This document shows positions 1 through 9,138 of a stretch of DNA of 64,000 nt, one piece after another. Made by a program: the position numbers and the translations under genes. The stretch is taken from NCBI GenBank assembly GCA_034520945.1, contig JAXHNB010000005.1, forward strand, positions 128,001 to 192,000, written 5' to 3'. Within the stretch, counting starts at the first letter, position 1. Every line of letters starts with the position of its first letter. The stretch is from Trueperaceae bacterium. GTDB lineage: Bacteria; Deinococcota; Deinococci; Deinococcales; Trueperaceae. Under the pieces are notes generated by a model that did no database searches, was not told the DNA's origin, and worked only from the letters and a program-made list of their open reading frames with translations.

Positions 1-212
1 GGGCGGCCTACCTCGCCAGCGAGCGCTACGAGGACGCCGAAAAGGTGTACCAACTGCTGGTCGATCAGGACCCGCAGGACGCCGAGAGCCTGTACAACCT
101 GGGGTGGTCGCTGATCGGTCAGGGCGATCGCACGCCGACGCGGGAGGCCTGGGCGTCCTCGTGCGACCTTGGGTACCGGGCCGCCTGCGACGCGCTGTCG
201 CAGTACTTCTGA
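1..212 (+). CDS. TPR-repeat protein, C-terminal part (runs off window start)
   Basis: Frame from nt 3 reads AAYLASERYEDAEKVYQLLVDQDPQDAESLYNLGWSLIGQG...QYF* (TGA 210-212), a TPR-like helix pattern. Confidence 0.7.
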   Translation, partial: AAYLASERYEDAEKVYQLLVDQDPQDAESLYNLGWSLIGQGDRTPTREAWASSCDLGYRAACDALSQYF

Positions 213-252
213 GCCGGTTGCGTCGAGGCGCGCCGAGGAGGGCGATGCAGTC

Positions 253-1329
253 GTGGATTGGGTAAGACGAAACTGGCCGGATCTGCTGATCGGGGTGGCG
301 CTCGTCGCCGTCATCGCCGGGATCGTCGCGACCTTGCTCACCGGCGGTTCGTTCTTCCCCTTGCAGACCCGCGGCTCGACCGGGCAGGACGGGGCCGGGG
401 GGACGCCCCAAGCGTCCGCGCCGCAGGCCGAGCCCGAGCAGGACGCCGGCTCCTCCGAGGACGGCCCCGGCGTAGCGGTCCTGCCGCCGAGCGACGAAGG
501 CGAAGAGGACGCGGACGACCCGCCGCCGGGCGCGCCCGACCCGAGCGTGGAGGAGTCGGACGCGGCCACGGACGACGAAGAGGGCGGCGAGGCCTCGTCA
601 GGCCAGGCCATCGAACCGCTGGCCGCGGGCGAGGAGGACGCCGAGGACGCACCTCCGGAGGGGGACGCTTCGGCCGCCCCCGCGGAGGACGCGGCCGAGC
701 AGGCCGAAGCCGGCGGGGAGGAGGCGCCACAGGATCCCCAGCCCGATCCGTCGCCCGCGCCGGAGGCGGACGGCGAGGTGCCGACCGATCCGTACCGCGT
801 CTCCGTCGGCGCGTTCGGCAGCGAGGCCAACGCACAGAACCAGGCCGAGCGCTTCCGGTCCGACGGCTTCCCCGTGTTCATCGGCCGGCAGGGGGCGTTG
901 TGGTTGGTGCTGGTGGGCCCGTACGAGGAAGAGTCCGACGCGCAAGCGGCCGCCCAGCGCATCCGTGCAGGCGAGTACGACGTCGACCCCGTGATCTACC
1001 TGTTCGAGCCCGACGGCGACGCCGCCACGCAGGTTCAGGCCGCCGCGGAGGGCGACGCCCAGGAGACGGCCGAGGAAGAGGCACAGGACGAGACGCCGCC
1101 CGCCGCACCGGCCGCAGGGGAGGAGGGATCCGTCCTGCAAGTGGGGGCGTACGCGAACGGCGCCAGTGCAGAACCGTTCGAGGCGCGCTTGTCCACGTTG
1201 GGCTTCGCGCCCCGCCGCATCGAAGAGGGCGGCCTGATCAAGGTGGTGGTGGGACCGTTCTCCGGTCAGGCGTTGAGCGATGCGCGCGTCCTGTTGGACG
1301 GGGCGGACATCGAGTACTTCGCGCGCTGA
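253..1329 (+). CDS. SPOR-domain (FtsN-like) membrane-anchored protein
   Basis: GTG start after GAGGAGG; N-terminal TM helix, acidic linker, two SPOR motifs (YRVSVGAFGSEANA, VLQVGAYANGASA...VVVGPF). Confidence 0.85.
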   Translation: MDWVRRNWPDLLIGVALVAVIAGIVATLLTGGSFFPLQTRGSTGQDGAGGTPQASAPQAEPEQDAGSSEDGPGVAVLPPSDEGEEDADDPPPGAPDPSVEESDAATDDEEGGEASSGQAIEPLAAGEEDAEDAPPEGDASAAPAEDAAEQAEAGGEEAPQDPQPDPSPAPEADGEVPTDPYRVSVGAFGSEANAQNQAERFRSDGFPVFIGRQGALWLVLVGPYEEESDAQAAAQRIRAGEYDVDPVIYLFEPDGDAATQVQAAAEGDAQETAEEEAQDETPPAAPAAGEEGSVLQVGAYANGASAEPFEARLSTLGFAPRRIEEGGLIKVVVGPFSGQALSDARVLLDGADIEYFAR

Positions 1330-1970
1330 TGTCGTCCATCCCCAGTGCCACGGTGAGCCGCCTGGTCACCTACCTGCGCATCCTCACCGACCTGTACGAC
1401 AAGGGCGTCGCCAAGACCTCCAGCGATCACCTTTCGCGCGAGGCGCACGTGTCGGCGTTTCAGGTCCGCAAGGACCTGGCCTACTTCGGGCGCTTCGGAA
1501 CCCGCGGCGCGGGCTACAGCGTCGACACGCTGCACCGCGAGCTGCGACGCATCCTCGGTCTGACCCGGGCGTGGAACGTGGCCATCGTCGGCATGGGCCG
1601 GCTGGGCGAGGCGCTGGCCGACTACCCGGCGTTGGACCAGTACGACTTCGTGCTCAGCGCCGCGTTCGACGTGGACCCCGCCAAGATCGGCCGTACCATC
1701 GCCGGCCTGGAGGTGCGCACCATGGATTCGTTGGCTTCGAGCGTCCAGGAGCTCTCCATCGACATGGCCTTCCTGACCGTCCCCAGCCCGGCCGCCCAGC
1801 CCGCCGCCGACGCCCTTGGCGCCGCCGGGATCCGCGGCATCCTCAACTTCGCGCCCACGGTGATCGATCCGCCCTCCGGCGTGCACGTCGAGCGCGTGGA
1901 CTTTCTCGCAGGCCTGAAACGGCTGTCGTTCTATATTTTCAACCCGAAGTCCAAGGAGGAGACGGCATGA
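1329..1970 (+). CDS. rex: Redox-sensing transcriptional repressor Rex
   Basis: IPSATVSRLVTYLR, QVRKDLAYFGRFGTRGAGY wHTH, VGMGRLG NAD-binding motif, GILNFAP. Confidence 0.95.
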   Translation: MSSIPSATVSRLVTYLRILTDLYDKGVAKTSSDHLSREAHVSAFQVRKDLAYFGRFGTRGAGYSVDTLHRELRRILGLTRAWNVAIVGMGRLGEALADYPALDQYDFVLSAAFDVDPAKIGRTIAGLEVRTMDSLASSVQELSIDMAFLTVPSPAAQPAADALGAAGIRGILNFAPTVIDPPSGVHVERVDFLAGLKRLSFYIFNPKSKEETA

Positions 1971-2653
1971 CACCATCCACACGAACCGACGCCGCCCACG
2001 GTACGGGCGTGCGGGCCACGCTGGCCCCGTTGCTGGCCTTCCTGCTGGCCGCGCTGCTGGCCGGGTGCGGGATCAACACCGAACTGGACGCGTTCGATGC
2101 CGAGGTCGGCTTCCAGCCCACCAGCCTCGGGTTCGAGGTGGACGACGAGGGGAAAATCGAGATCACGTCGCACGTCGTGACCTTCAACGTGGCCCCGGGT
2201 TCGGTCGGTGGGGTCGTCACAGGGTACGACGTGGCGTTCTTCGACAACCTGGGCGAGCCCTTCATCGGCTCGGTCGACGAGGAGAATCCGCAAGAGGTCG
2301 AGGACCACGAGTTCACGGTCCGTGACTCCATGAGTCAGCGGCTGCCGCCTGGCCGGGTGTGCACGGGCGCCGGGGAGCAGCCCCCCTCCGATCCGTGCCG
2401 GGCCTCCAGCCCCGACGTCACCTACCAGTGGGTGACGGCCGATCCGATCTCGAACGTGGTGACCCTTCCCGGACTGGTTGCTAGCGAGCTTGTTTCCCGG
2501 GCCGACACCAATGGTGATGGCCTGATGGATAGCTTTGATGAAATCGCGGGCTACGCGGAGTTCACCTTCTACGTCCGTACCGACAACGGCCGTGTGGTGA
2601 CGCTCCCCACTCAGCGGGTCGGCTTCACCTTCCCCGTTACCGGCGGCGAGTAG
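1967..2653 (+). CDS. Lipoprotein of unknown function
   Basis: ATGA overlap with rex stop, SD AAGGAGG, lipobox LLAG-C. Confidence 0.8.
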   Translation: MTPSTRTDAAHGTGVRATLAPLLAFLLAALLAGCGINTELDAFDAEVGFQPTSLGFEVDDEGKIEITSHVVTFNVAPGSVGGVVTGYDVAFFDNLGEPFIGSVDEENPQEVEDHEFTVRDSMSQRLPPGRVCTGAGEQPPSDPCRASSPDVTYQWVTADPISNVVTLPGLVASELVSRADTNGDGLMDSFDEIAGYAEFTFYVRTDNGRVVTLPTQRVGFTFPVTGGE

Positions 2654-2689
2654 GCGACCACGTACAAAGGGCGCGACGTCGCCGGCCGA

Positions 2690-2738
2690 CCGGCGCGTCC
2701 CGCCCCGACGCCGGCGCGTCCCGCCCCGACGCCGGCGC
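2690..2738. repeat. 21-bp tandem repeat CCGGCGCGTCCCGCCCCGACG, two full copies plus a partial third
   Basis: Seen directly in the intergenic region. Confidence 0.85.
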
Positions 2739-2758
2739 ACCCGGGGTACCATCACCGC

Positions 2759-3706
2759 GTGTTCGCACCCGTCCAGGACCGCCTTGCATCGTTCGAGACG
2801 CGCCTGGCCGAGGTGCTCCGTTCCGACGTCGCCTTCATCGAGGCGATCGGCGAGGACCTCGCTGGCGCCGGCGGCAAGCGCCTGCGGCCCGCGCTGTCCT
2901 TCCTGGCGGCCGACCTGATCGGCGCCGACGGCGAAGACGCCATGCGCGTCGCGTTGGCGGTCGAGCTGCTGCACTCCGCCTCCCTGCTCCACGACGACCT
3001 GATCGACGACGCCGAGACCCGCCGCGGCCACGAGGCCGCGTTTCGGCGTTACGGCAACGTGGTCAGCGTCATGTCCGGCGACTTCCTGCTGGCGCGGGTG
3101 CTGGGGCTGCTGGCCGACGCCGGCGATGCCGCCTTCACGCGCCGCATGTCGCGCACCGCCGCCGCGATCTGCGAAGGGGAGGTGCTGCAGTTCCAGATGG
3201 CCACCCTGGAGACCTGGTCGCTGGACGCCTACCGCCGCGTGATCGAAGGCAAGACCGCCGAGCTGCTCGCCACGGCGATGGAAGGCCCGGCGTTGCTGGC
3301 CGGCCGCAGCGACGAGGTGCGGGAGGCGCTGCGTACCTTCGGGATGGCGTACGGGCGCGCGTTCCAGATGCAGGACGACCATCTGGACCTGCTCGGCGAC
3401 CCGGAGGCGTTGGGGAAACCGGTCGGCGGCGACCTGCGCGAAGGCAAGGCCACCTACCCCGTGCTGTGGCTGCTGCAGGAGGGGTGCGACGAAGCGGCCG
3501 ACATCCTGCGCCGCCACGCGCACGACCCTGGCGACGTGGCGCGCATACGGGCGCTCGTCGCCGAGCACGGCGCCGACGTCGCCACCCGCGACGTGATCGA
3601 AGCAGAGGCGAACGCCGCCGTGGATGCGCTGGCTTCGTTCGAGGAGGGGCCGGCCAAGCGAACGTTGCTGGCGCTGGCGCGGCGCGAGATCGACCGAACG
3701 CGCTGA
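2759..3706 (+). CDS. Polyprenyl diphosphate synthase (IspB/HepT family)
   Basis: GGKRLRP, LLHDDLIDD, GKTA and FQMQDD motifs; leaderless TACCAT-N6-GTG. Confidence 0.92.
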   Translation: MFAPVQDRLASFETRLAEVLRSDVAFIEAIGEDLAGAGGKRLRPALSFLAADLIGADGEDAMRVALAVELLHSASLLHDDLIDDAETRRGHEAAFRRYGNVVSVMSGDFLLARVLGLLADAGDAAFTRRMSRTAAAICEGEVLQFQMATLETWSLDAYRRVIEGKTAELLATAMEGPALLAGRSDEVREALRTFGMAYGRAFQMQDDHLDLLGDPEALGKPVGGDLREGKATYPVLWLLQEGCDEAADILRRHAHDPGDVARIRALVAEHGADVATRDVIEAEANAAVDALASFEEGPAKRTLLALARREIDRTR

Positions 3707-3803
3707 CGCACGCCTCGGTGGTGCATCGCGGACGCTCGGGCAGAGACGCCAGGACCGTGCGAAGCGGTCGGCTGCGCGACCCTCTGGCGACCCCCGTGCT
3801 CGC

Positions 3804-5279
3804 TCAGCCCTTTGCCGACGTTCCTGCGGTGTCGTCGTTCGCTTCGGCCCGCCGCGCGATGTCGCGCAGCATGGCGGGGAAGAGGAGCGCGTGCATCGGG
3901 TAAACGCTCCACCAGTACAGCAGGCCCAGCAGGCCCCGCGGTTCGAAGAACGCGGTCTGACGCAGGCGCGTGCCGTCGCCCTCGGGCGTCAGATCGAACC
4001 GCAGCCAGGCCCGCCCGGGGAGCTTCATCTCGGCGCGAAGCTGAAGGTGGTCGTTCTGCGCCACCGACTCGACCCGCCAGAAGTCCACCGCGTCGCCGGC
4101 GCGGAGCGATCCGGGATCGCGGCGGCCCCGGCGCATGCCCACCCCGCCCAGCAGGCGATCCACCGCGCCGCGCAACTGCCACGCCCAATCGAACACGTAC
4201 CAGCCCTGATCGCCGCCCAAGCGCGTGATCGCCCCGAACACCGCTTCCGGTGCGGCAACGACGTGGCGGGCGCGCCGGTCCTGCAGCATGCCCTCCGCGT
4301 CCACCAACTTGTCCGCCGGCGGCGTCCCGCTCGGCACCGACGAGACGGCGTCGCTCCACAGCGTTTCCGGCGCGCCCTGCCGCGTACGGTCCAGCGCCAG
4401 ATCGACGGCGGTCCGATACGGGGTCGGCGTCACCCCGTAGCGGGTGGCCGGGCCCGGATCGTTGACGATCACCTCCGAGGCCAGCCCCGCGGCCAACGGC
4501 TGGGCGATGCTGGCGGGAATGGGCGTCACCAGGTGGATCCAGTAGCTGGACAGGCTGGGGCTCAACACCGGGGTGGGCACCATCCAGCGTCGCAATCCCC
4601 GCGCCTCGGCGTACCCCTCCATCAGGCGGCGGTAGGTCAGGACCTCGGGCCCGCCGATCTCCACGATGCGATGCCCCTCCGGCGGATGGTCCGGCGCGCG
4701 CCGCAGGTAGCTCAGCACGTCGCGCACCGCGATCGGCTGGACGCGCGTGTCCACCCATCGCGGCGTGACCATGATCGGGAGGCGTTCGGTGAGGTAGCGG
4801 ATCATCTCGAACGACACCGAGCCGCTCCCCACCACGATCGCGGCGCGGAACTCGGTCAGGGGCACGCCGGCGGAGGCCAGCACCCGCCCCGTCTCCTGCC
4901 GGGAGGCGAGATGCGGGCTCATCCCGGTCTTCGCGTCGCCCAAACCGCCCAGGTACACCAGGTGTTGCACGCCGGCGGCGGCGGCCGCCTGCGCGACGTT
5001 TCGGGCGGCGTCGCGGTCGCGGGCCTCGAAGCCGTGCGCGCGGGCGCCCATGCCGTGAATCAGGTAGTAGACGATCTCTTGGCCGTCGAAGGCGTGCGCA
5101 AGGCTGTCCGGCGACAGCGCGTCGCCCTCCACCACCTCGACCTGGTCGCGCCAGGCACGACCGTCCAGGCGGACGGCGTCGCGGACCAGGCAGCGCACGA
5201 TGTGCCCGTCTTGGGCGAGGAGGGGGGCGAGGCGCCCGCCCAAGTAGCCGGTGGCGCCGGTGACCAGGATGCGGCTCAT
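3804..5279 (-). CDS. SDR/NAD(P)-binding oxidoreductase with C-terminal DUF2867/SRPBCC-like domain (YbjT-like)
   Basis: ILVTGATGYLG; GSGSVSFEMIRYL; C-terminal DFWRV...AEMKLPGRAWL...GLLYWW. Confidence 0.85.
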   Translation of the reverse strand: MSRILVTGATGYLGGRLAPLLAQDGHIVRCLVRDAVRLDGRAWRDQVEVVEGDALSPDSLAHAFDGQEIVYYLIHGMGARAHGFEARDRDAARNVAQAAAAAGVQHLVYLGGLGDAKTGMSPHLASRQETGRVLASAGVPLTEFRAAIVVGSGSVSFEMIRYLTERLPIMVTPRWVDTRVQPIAVRDVLSYLRRAPDHPPEGHRIVEIGGPEVLTYRRLMEGYAEARGLRRWMVPTPVLSPSLSSYWIHLVTPIPASIAQPLAAGLASEVIVNDPGPATRYGVTPTPYRTAVDLALDRTRQGAPETLWSDAVSSVPSGTPPADKLVDAEGMLQDRRARHVVAAPEAVFGAITRLGGDQGWYVFDWAWQLRGAVDRLLGGVGMRRGRRDPGSLRAGDAVDFWRVESVAQNDHLQLRAEMKLPGRAWLRFDLTPEGDGTRLRQTAFFEPRGLLGLLYWWSVYPMHALLFPAMLRDIARRAEANDDTAGTSAKG

Positions 5280-5385
5280 TGGGCCAGCTTGCACCGGATC
5301 GGCGGGCGCCGATGTCGTGGCCGCACGCGGTCGCGTCCACGGGCGCGGACCGGCACGCCCGCTCCGAGGCGCCCCCCCTGTTCGT

Positions 5386-6414
5386 TCAGAAGAAGGCGCG
5401 TACCGAGGTGCCGACGCCGACGGTGGTGATCCCGTCGCCGGCGTGCAGGGCGGGGCGGACCGACCAGGTGAGGTCGGGACGCTCGATGTTCACCTGGACG
5501 CCCAGGTCCAGGACCGGCGTCCGGCGGGCGGGATCGCCGCGCGCCCGCGGCCATGCCACGCCGGCGCTCGCTTCGACGCTCAGGTCGCGAAGCGGCGACA
5601 GGCGGGCGCTGCCGTGCACGGCCGGCCGGCTCGCGGTCGCGCTGAGGGCGGCGTCCTCCGGCGCCCAAACCCCCTCCAGCGTCCACAGCACGTCGCCGGC
5701 GAAGCCGGTGAGGCCCAGGCCGCCCCGCGCACGCACGGGGTCCCCTAGCAGCCAGGTCTCGCCGTAGGCCACCAACTCGCCCACGGTGCCCGACGCGGTG
5801 ACGCCCAGGACGGGACGTTCCGTCCAGGCGGCGTGCGCCTCGAGCGTCAGGGGGCCCGATTCGCGCCGGAGCGCCAGCGCGCCGCCGAGCGACCCGAGCC
5901 GCGCTTCGGCGTCCACCGGGACCAGGAGCCCCGCGCGGAGCCGCCACGGGGTGGGGTAGTACGCGGCGCGGGCGCCGAGCAGGCCGCGCGGCTCGCCGGT
6001 GGCCAGGCGGCCGTCCAGGCGCAGCACCTCGCGCAGGCGCATTTCGCCCATCGACCATCGCTCCAGCCCGGCCGACAGGTCCAGGCGCGGCGTGCGGTGG
6101 CGCAACAGGGCCTCCTGCAGCCCGGGCTGCGCCCGCACGTCGTGCGGCGCCTCGCCGAGGCCGGCGCCGGCCGCCAGGGCGGGCGACGTCAGCAGGCGCA
6201 GGGTGGTCCCGCCCAGCGCGGCCTCGACCTCCAGGCGGGCGCGGATCGACACCGGCACGGAGGTGCGGGTGGCCTCCGCGGTGGACGTGGCGTGCACGCC
6301 GCTGTCCAGCCCCACCTCGCCCCGCACCGTGAGCGTCGGGTGGGCGCCGGCGAGGGCGGCGGCCGCCAGCGTGATCAGGACCGCCGCCAGGCGTGGTGCG
6401 CGGCCGCCGCTCAT
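5386..6414 (-). CDS. Secreted protein, putative outer-membrane beta-barrel
   Basis: Signal peptide, alternating beta-strand pattern, terminal aromatic (VRAFF); start overlaps ATPase stop. Confidence 0.6.
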   Translation of the reverse strand: MSGGRAPRLAAVLITLAAAALAGAHPTLTVRGEVGLDSGVHATSTAEATRTSVPVSIRARLEVEAALGGTTLRLLTSPALAAGAGLGEAPHDVRAQPGLQEALLRHRTPRLDLSAGLERWSMGEMRLREVLRLDGRLATGEPRGLLGARAAYYPTPWRLRAGLLVPVDAEARLGSLGGALALRRESGPLTLEAHAAWTERPVLGVTASGTVGELVAYGETWLLGDPVRARGGLGLTGFAGDVLWTLEGVWAPEDAALSATASRPAVHGSARLSPLRDLSVEASAGVAWPRARGDPARRTPVLDLGVQVNIERPDLTWSVRPALHAGDGITTVGVGTSVRAFF

Positions 6415-7100
6415 GCCGCCTCGAGCGGCGCGCCGTCCACCCGGCCGTCCTCGAGGTGCACGATGCGGCGCACGTGCCCCAACAGGCGGGGATCGTGGGT
6501 GCTGAACACGAAGGTGACGCCGCGATCCTCGTTCAAGCGGCGCAACAGGTCGATCAGATGCTGGCCGGTCGTGGAGTCGAGGTTGGCGGTCGGCTCGTCG
6601 GCCAGGATGATGTCCGGGTCGCCCGCCAGTGCGCGCGCGACGGCGACGCGCTGTTGTTGGCCGCCCGAGAGCTGGTTCGGCATGCGGGTCTCGAAGCCCT
6701 CCATCCCCAGCGCCGCCAGCGCGTCGCGGGCCCGCGCCTCGCGCGTGCGGCGGTCCACGCCGCGAAGCTCCAGCACGAAGGCGGCGTTCTCGAGCGCCGA
6801 GAGGACGGGGATCAGGTTGTACGCCTGAAACACGAAGCCCATTCGGTCCAGCCGCATGCGTGCCGCCTTGCGGCGTTCCAGGCGGTCGATGCGCGTGCCG
6901 TCCAGCACCACCTGGCCGGCGTCGGGGCGGTCCAGGGCGCCCATCAGGTGCAGCAGCGTGGACTTGCCGCTGCCCGAGGGGCCGGCGATCGCCGTGAACT
7001 CGCCCCGCTCGATGGTGAGGTCGACGCCGCGGAGGGCGTGCGTCACGACGTCGCCCACCTGGTAGCTCTTGCGGAGATCGGACACCGCGTACAGGGACAT
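6411..7100 (-). CDS. ABC transporter ATP-binding protein (LolD/MacB-type)
   Basis: GPSGSGKST, LSGGQQQR, ILADEPTANLD, STHD. Confidence 0.95.
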   Translation of the reverse strand: MSLYAVSDLRKSYQVGDVVTHALRGVDLTIERGEFTAIAGPSGSGKSTLLHLMGALDRPDAGQVVLDGTRIDRLERRKAARMRLDRMGFVFQAYNLIPVLSALENAAFVLELRGVDRRTREARARDALAALGMEGFETRMPNQLSGGQQQRVAVARALAGDPDIILADEPTANLDSTTGQHLIDLLRRLNEDRGVTFVFSTHDPRLLGHVRRIVHLEDGRVDGAPLEAA

Positions 7101-7109
7101 GGGACCTCC

Positions 7110-8339
7110 TCAGGCCTGGAACCGCATCGCCTCGACCGGTTCCAGGCGCGAGGCGATCCAGGCGGGCCACAGCGCTGCGGCCAGGGCGGTGAAGACGGCG
7201 AAGCCGACCGCGAACGCGACCTGGCCCGGGGTGAGGGAGAGGTAGAACACCGGCTCGAAGCCGAACGACGCGAAGTACTCGCTCATGGCGGGGATGGTGA
7301 GCCCGTCGGCGTAGGCGGCAACGGTGCCGAGGCCGACCGCCAGGCCGGCGGCGGTGCCGAGCAGGCACAGGAACACGCTTTCGGTGGCGATCATGCCGAG
7401 CACGCGCCCGTCGCCCGCCCCGAGGGCGTGGATGACGCCGAACTCGCGGATGCGTTCCATCACGCTCAGGTAGACGGTGTTCAACACCAACAGGCCCGCC
7501 AGCACGAAGAACATGATCGACACGGCGAACAACATCGGGTCCAACGTGTCCAGCAGCGAGGACAGCGCCGGATCCACCGCCTGCCAGTCCAGCGCCTCCA
7601 ACTGCGGAAGGGCCTCGTCCAACGCCGCGGCCAGCTCGCGGGCCACCGTGTCGTCACTCAGGTGCACCAGCTCGGTCCCGTGGACCTCGAAGCGGTGGAC
7701 GGCGCCGGGCGCGGCCAGCGCCTGGGCCTCCGCCAGCGTCGTCCAGGCGGTCGCGATCTCCTGGTTGGGATCGGCCAGGTTCACGGTGCCGACCAGGCGG
7801 TACGCCGCGGCGCCGAACCCTTCGCCGCCCGGGGCGTACGCGAACACGTCGTCGCCGATTTCGACGTCGAGGGCGCGGGCCAGCGACGCCCCCAACACGA
7901 TCTCGGCGTCGCCCTCCAGGAAGCGTCCGTTCAGGGTGGCTCCGTCCAGGCGCCTCTCCACCATTCGTTCGGGCCAATCCTGGCCGCGCACGGCCATGCC
8001 GCGCGAGCGAACCTCGCCGGACAACAGCGTGGGGACCTCCAGTACGCCGACCACCAGCGGCGCGTCCAGCATGTCGTGGGCGATTTCGTCGATCTGGGCC
8101 CGCACCGTCGTGGCGTCGCGGATCAGGGCGTCGTCCAACGCCCGGGCGTCGCGCCACCCCGGGGCGCGGACCTGGGCGTGGCCGCCCTGCTGCGTCAGGT
8201 TCTGGTACAGGCTGTTCTTGGAGGCGCCGCCGAACCCGAAGTAGACCAGGCTCAGCGCCACCACCACCGCCACCGCGCCGGCGGTCACCAGGCTTCGGCG
8301 GCGTTGACGCCACAGGTTGCGCCACGCCAGCAGGATCAC
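7110..8339 (-). CDS. ABC permease, FtsX/LolC-E family
   Basis: LAWRNLWRQRRRS, SVMERIREFGVIHALG, RLEPVEAMR; GTG start overlapping upstream stop. Confidence 0.9.
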   Translation of the reverse strand: MILLAWRNLWRQRRRSLVTAGAVAVVVALSLVYFGFGGASKNSLYQNLTQQGGHAQVRAPGWRDARALDDALIRDATTVRAQIDEIAHDMLDAPLVVGVLEVPTLLSGEVRSRGMAVRGQDWPERMVERRLDGATLNGRFLEGDAEIVLGASLARALDVEIGDDVFAYAPGGEGFGAAAYRLVGTVNLADPNQEIATAWTTLAEAQALAAPGAVHRFEVHGTELVHLSDDTVARELAAALDEALPQLEALDWQAVDPALSSLLDTLDPMLFAVSIMFFVLAGLLVLNTVYLSVMERIREFGVIHALGAGDGRVLGMIATESVFLCLLGTAAGLAVGLGTVAAYADGLTIPAMSEYFASFGFEPVFYLSLTPGQVAFAVGFAVFTALAAALWPAWIASRLEPVEAMRFQA

Positions 8340-9127
8340 TCGTCGCACCCGCGTTCCAGGGCCTGTTGCGTGAAGCACCGCTCCGGCGGCGAGACGTCGT
8401 CCTCGACCTCGGTCCACTCGGCGACGGTGCGGCCGCCTTCGCGGGTCAGGTCGGTCACCTCGAAGCGGCGCGGCACGCGGTGGCCGGACGGCGTCGTCTC
8501 GAACGCGGAGAAGCGCAGCCGCTTCACCACCTGGTCACGCTGATCGAAGTAGTCCAGCGCCAGCGGCGCCAGGTCCGGCAGCGAGGCCGTAAAGCGCAGC
8601 TCGCCGTACGGCGTTGGCGCGCCGGTTCGCGGAAGCAGGGAAAGCTCGACCTCCTCCTCCCGCCACTCCGCCACGCTGGCGTCGTAGCGGTCCCGCAACT
8701 CGTCGCCCGCCAGGTCGTCGTACGACAGGTCGCTGCCGAGGAAGCCGTCGCTGCGTCCCGAGGGCGGCAACCGCAGCACGCGCCCCAGCCGCGGCGAGTA
8801 CACGAACAGTTCGCTTCCGTCCACCAGGAACGCCTGGCCGGCGTCGCGCGGCGGTTCGATCACGCGCGTGAGGGAGCGCTCGGTGCCGTCCGAGACGATC
8901 TCGAGGCGGTACGTGCGCGTTTCACTGGGGCGTTCGACGGTGAGGTGCATGGTGGCGCGCTGGCCGCTGCCGCGAAGGTTTTCGACCATCGCGTCCAGGA
9001 TCGCGTCCGCGTCGCGTGGTACCTCCGGGTCCTCTTGGGCTGAGCCGGCCCCGAAGGCGAGCAGCAGTGACGCCACGAGCGCGGCGACGGCAAGGGCACG
9101 GCGGGAAGGTAGGGGATGGAACGACAT
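8336..9127 (-). CDS. Outer-membrane lipoprotein-sorting (LolA-like) periplasmic protein
   Basis: Signal peptide; PPRDAGQAFL, FLGSDLSYDDL, C-terminal FTQQALER; SD GGAGGT. Confidence 0.85.
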   Translation of the reverse strand: MSFHPLPSRRALAVAALVASLLLAFGAGSAQEDPEVPRDADAILDAMVENLRGSGQRATMHLTVERPSETRTYRLEIVSDGTERSLTRVIEPPRDAGQAFLVDGSELFVYSPRLGRVLRLPPSGRSDGFLGSDLSYDDLAGDELRDRYDASVAEWREEEVELSLLPRTGAPTPYGELRFTASLPDLAPLALDYFDQRDQVVKRLRFSAFETTPSGHRVPRRFEVTDLTREGGRTVAEWTEVEDDVSPPERCFTQQALERGCDE

Positions 9128-9138
9128 GCGCACCTCCA

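Noticed and set aside
1329..1970. Rex operators (TTGTGAA-N4-TTCACAA) and ARG boxes near rex, lpdA, maeA, argF, carB
   Set aside because: No convincing match was seen by eye.
2690..2738. CRISPR array
   Set aside because: The repeats are directly adjacent with no spacers, and no cas genes are present.
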